Both the position numbers and the translations under genes were made by a program. Below, piece after piece: positions 59,508 to 64,000 of a DNA stretch of 64,000 bases. This DNA is from Escherichia phage F2. The first letter of the stretch is position 1. Each line of letters starts with the position of its first letter. Location of the stretch: the sequence record NC_054913.1; one strand, 5' to 3'. The notes under the pieces are model-generated. The model did no database searches, was not told where the DNA came from, and worked only from the letters and a program-made list of their open reading frames with translations.

Positions 59508-59536
59508 TTTACATGCCACAAGGATTGTGGTACAAT
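59507..59536 (+). promoter_or_regulatory. T4-type early promoter module upstream of rnlA
   Basis: gtttac ... tacaat. Confidence 0.4.
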
Positions 59537-59552
59537 TTAAAAAACTAACTGA

Positions 59553-60686
<1,134 letters not shown>

Positions 60687-60688
60687 TG

Positions 60689-60718
60689 GTTTACAAACAC
60701 CAAGGAAGGTGTTACTAT
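60689..60718 (+). promoter_or_regulatory. T4-type early promoter module upstream of alc
   Basis: gtttac ... tactat. Confidence 0.4.
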
Positions 60719-60748
60719 GGCTTTTATCAATAACACGAGGAGAAAATT

Positions 60749-61249
60749 ATGAATATGCAATTGATTACTAACGATATGGTTGTGGCAGCATTTGGTGATT
60801 CTACAGATGGAATCCGAGTCTTTAAGAAAGGACGTCCAGTTGGTTATCTTACTGACCTACGTGTTACTCTAGCGAAAAATGCTAAAAAGAAGTTAAAGCA
60901 AAAGGAATATTCAACACGTTACACCGAAGAGAAACGCGAAGCGATGCCGGAAGCAGTTAATGCCATGGTAGAATTTCTTCAAAACAATTTGTCTAAATAT
61001 GACGCTAACGTATTCATTAATATTAGTCAACCAAACGTACATATCTCAGGTATAAAATTCTACATTATTTGCGACCCTCTTACCGACAAATTCAACCGTC
61101 TCGGAATCTCAAGTCCGTATCATACAGCAGAAGAGTTGTGTGTATTGTTTGAATCGTACAAAATCCAGTGCGATGGTCCGAAAACCGTTCTTATCAATGG
61201 ATTATCCCGAGATGAAATCATTGAGATTATTAAAACATGCTTAAAGTAA
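60749..61249 (+). CDS. alc: Alc-like protein (by size/position)
   Basis: 166 aa ORF between rnlA and the spanin pair, as T4 alc (167 aa). Confidence 0.55.
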   Translation: MNMQLITNDMVVAAFGDSTDGIRVFKKGRPVGYLTDLRVTLAKNAKKKLKQKEYSTRYTEEKREAMPEAVNAMVEFLQNNLSKYDANVFINISQPNVHISGIKFYIICDPLTDKFNRLGISSPYHTAEELCVLFESYKIQCDGPKTVLINGLSRDEIIEIIKTCLK

Positions 61250-61593
61250 ATCCGATTTATGCTATAGTAGCAGCTTTTGCTCTAGTTTCTACGGTAACAA
61301 TAGTTGTCTTAAACAACAAAGTTGATTCGTTGAATACTGAATTAGCTTCTGTCAAAGAGACCGCTAAAAACAATGCTAAAGTATTAGACGACTTCAAGGT
61401 TCAATATCAGTCAATCGAAGAAATGACTTATAAGAACCGTGTTTTAGTTGACCAACTTAAGGCCGAAAATGAAAAGCTCCGTAAGGATTCGAAGAAGAAG
61501 AACGTGGTGGCAAGTAAACCAGGATTGGTCGAAAAACAAATCAACAAGTCCTTCGATTCCTTTGCAGAAGACCTCAGGAAGCTCTCAGAATGA
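61237..61593 (+). CDS. i-spanin (inner-membrane spanin, PseT.3-like)
   Basis: N-terminal TM anchor IYAIVAAFALVSTVTIVVL followed by coiled-coil-like charged region. Confidence 0.6.
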   Translation: MLKVNPIYAIVAAFALVSTVTIVVLNNKVDSLNTELASVKETAKNNAKVLDDFKVQYQSIEEMTYKNRVLVDQLKAENEKLRKDSKKKNVVASKPGLVEKQINKSFDSFAEDLRKLSE

Positions 61594-61880
61594 TTAAATT
61601 AACCGCAGTTGTATTATCTATTGGCATTTTGGCCGGATGTGCCCAGGATGTGCCCTTAAGCCCTAAAGAAACTTTACATCCGCCATGGCCTGAATCTATT
61701 GTTGAATATAACCAGAAATGGCAAGTAAAGGTTATTGATGGTAATCCGTGGGTTGGAATGCCGTTTGAAGACTCTCAAGAATTTCGTATCTGGTTAAACG
61801 ATGTAAAAAGATATGTACATGACCAGAAGACTATGTTATGTTATTATCGTAGTGGTTTAAAAGAGGAAAAATGCCAATGA
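61590..61880 (+). CDS. o-spanin (outer-membrane lipoprotein, PseT.2-like)
   Basis: Lipoprotein signal MIKLTAVVLSIGILAGC; overlaps i-spanin stop. Confidence 0.6.
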   Translation: MIKLTAVVLSIGILAGCAQDVPLSPKETLHPPWPESIVEYNQKWQVKVIDGNPWVGMPFEDSQEFRIWLNDVKRYVHDQKTMLCYYRSGLKEEKCQ

Positions 61881-62095
61881 CTAAAGAACAACATGAATAC
61901 ATTAAAGGGCTTATCTATGAATCTGAAATGGCGGCTATGATTTATGGGCGCCAGATTCAACGATTAGAATCTTTGCCTCCGACTAATGACCGATTGTTAG
62001 TTCAGTCTCGTGCTAATCTGAAAAATGAATATCAGAATAAGTGGGCAGTAGCGACTAAAGCTCTTCACGAGTATATTGAATCTTTAGTAAAATAG
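61871..62095 (+). CDS. hypothetical protein
   Basis: 74 aa ORF. Confidence 0.4.
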   Translation: MPMTKEQHEYIKGLIYESEMAAMIYGRQIQRLESLPPTNDRLLVQSRANLKNEYQNKWAVATKALHEYIESLVK

Positions 62096-62124
62096 TTTAC
62101 AAACTCTCAGGAGCAGAGTATAAT
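62095..62124 (+). promoter_or_regulatory. T4-type early promoter module (near-identical to copy at 32421)
   Basis: gtttacaaactctcaggagcagagtataatgctcc. Confidence 0.45.
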
Positions 62125-62152
62125 GCTCCTATGGATAATTGAGGAAATCTAA

Positions 62153-62451
62153 ATGAAAACATTACTAGAGAATTACATCAAACGGTCTGATGAGTATATT
62201 GATATCTGTCGTGGAATGTCACTCGGCAATTATGACAAAGATGCAGCAAAGGCACTAGATGAAGCAGGTAAAGCTCTTCGTAAAGCTGCTAAAGAAAAAG
62301 GGTTGGATTTGCAACAACTCAAAAGTCATATGATTAAATTTATTTCTTCAAACGTTAGAAGTACGTCAATTAATAAAAACGTTGCTGAAATTAATAAAGA
62401 CCGGCGCGAGCATAACATTCGTATTCTTGAAATTTTCTTAGGAATAAAATA

Positions 62452-62452
<1 letters not shown>
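62153..62452 (+). CDS. hypothetical protein
   Basis: 99 aa ORF. Confidence 0.45.
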
Positions 62453-63538
<1,086 letters not shown>

Positions 63539-63539
<1 letters not shown>

Positions 63540-63730
63540 TGAAACGATTATATGAAGTGATTGAGGCCATCGAACAGCATAAAGAATATTTGTTTGTAGT
63601 ATGGCCTTTAGTAAATGGACGGTTCGGTATTGATGTGCTGGACTATGAACATGAAGAATGGTTGGACGGCGGTATATTTGATAACGTCGACCAGGCAATT
63701 GAATGGTTAAATGAAAACTATGTACGATAA
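63539..63730 (+). CDS. hypothetical protein
   Basis: 63 aa ORF, TAATG overlap. Confidence 0.4.
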
Positions 63731-63935
63731 ACATCATGAAATCGAAGATGAAGCATACAAAATGCTTCGTAAACTAGTGGGACTTAATATGAGTCCTACA
63801 TTAATCAACAAACTCGCAGGAATTCGTAATGATCTGAATACTCGTTACAAAGGTGAATATCATGTAGAGTTTGTTCCTGTAGGTGAACCGACCGAGCGAT
63901 TTGTTGTTCGAGTTAAAGTAAATACTGTACACTGA
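63711..63935 (+). CDS. hypothetical protein
   Basis: 74 aa ORF. Confidence 0.4.
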   Translation: MKTMYDKHHEIEDEAYKMLRKLVGLNMSPTLINKLAGIRNDLNTRYKGEYHVEFVPVGEPTERFVVRVKVNTVH

Positions 63936-63942
63936 GGTAATT

Positions 63943-64000
63943 ATGTTCCCAACTTATTCTGAAATTGTAAAGGTAGTCTTCAGTCAGATTATTGCTAATA
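63943..64000 (+). CDS. start of downstream gene (3'-truncated by window edge)
   Basis: ATG after SD GAGGTAA; ORF runs off the window end. Confidence 0.35.
   Translation, partial: MFPTYSEIVKVVFSQIIAN

Overview
This window is a co-linear segment of a T4-like (T-even type, Straboviridae) phage genome, running on the + strand from the 3' end of the DNA polymerase gene (43) to polynucleotide kinase (pseT), with the long tail fibre cassette (t, 38, 37, 36, 35, 34) on the - strand. Calls rest on reading the supplied translations against remembered T4 proteins and on gene order; no database search was run. Recognisable genes include uvsX, 40, 41, dmd, sp, 61, 56, soc, dda, dexA, a fused 39/60 topoisomerase subunit, rIIA, rIIB, 52, motA, asiA, rnh, dsbA, 33, 59, 32, frd, td, split nrdA, nrdB, denA, rnlA, alc and a spanin pair. 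The hydroxymethyl-dC pathway (42, 56) is present, but no alpha- or beta-glucosyltransferase is recognisable at the T4 beta-gt position between 42 and uvsX (the alpha-gt locus lies outside this window). The most interesting feature is a sugar-activation module at 511-4616 between genes 43 and 42: a KdsD-like SIS arabinose-5-phosphate isomerase, a nucleotidyltransferase fused to an APH-type kinase, a HAD phosphatase and a Cys-rich unknown protein. Together with a GT-B-like glycosyltransferase candidate between 39 and rIIA (26248-27348), this suggests a non-glucose, probably pentose (arabinose-type), hypermodification of hmC DNA of the kind reported for RB69-like phages. Other points of note are nrdA split into two ORFs by an HNH homing endonuclease gene, a tandem paralog triplet after dexA, a stereotyped early promoter module repeated about 19 times, late promoters (TATAAATA) before soc, 36, 34 and 32, and UUCG-tetraloop terminators. 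No tRNA, rRNA or CRISPR array was seen.
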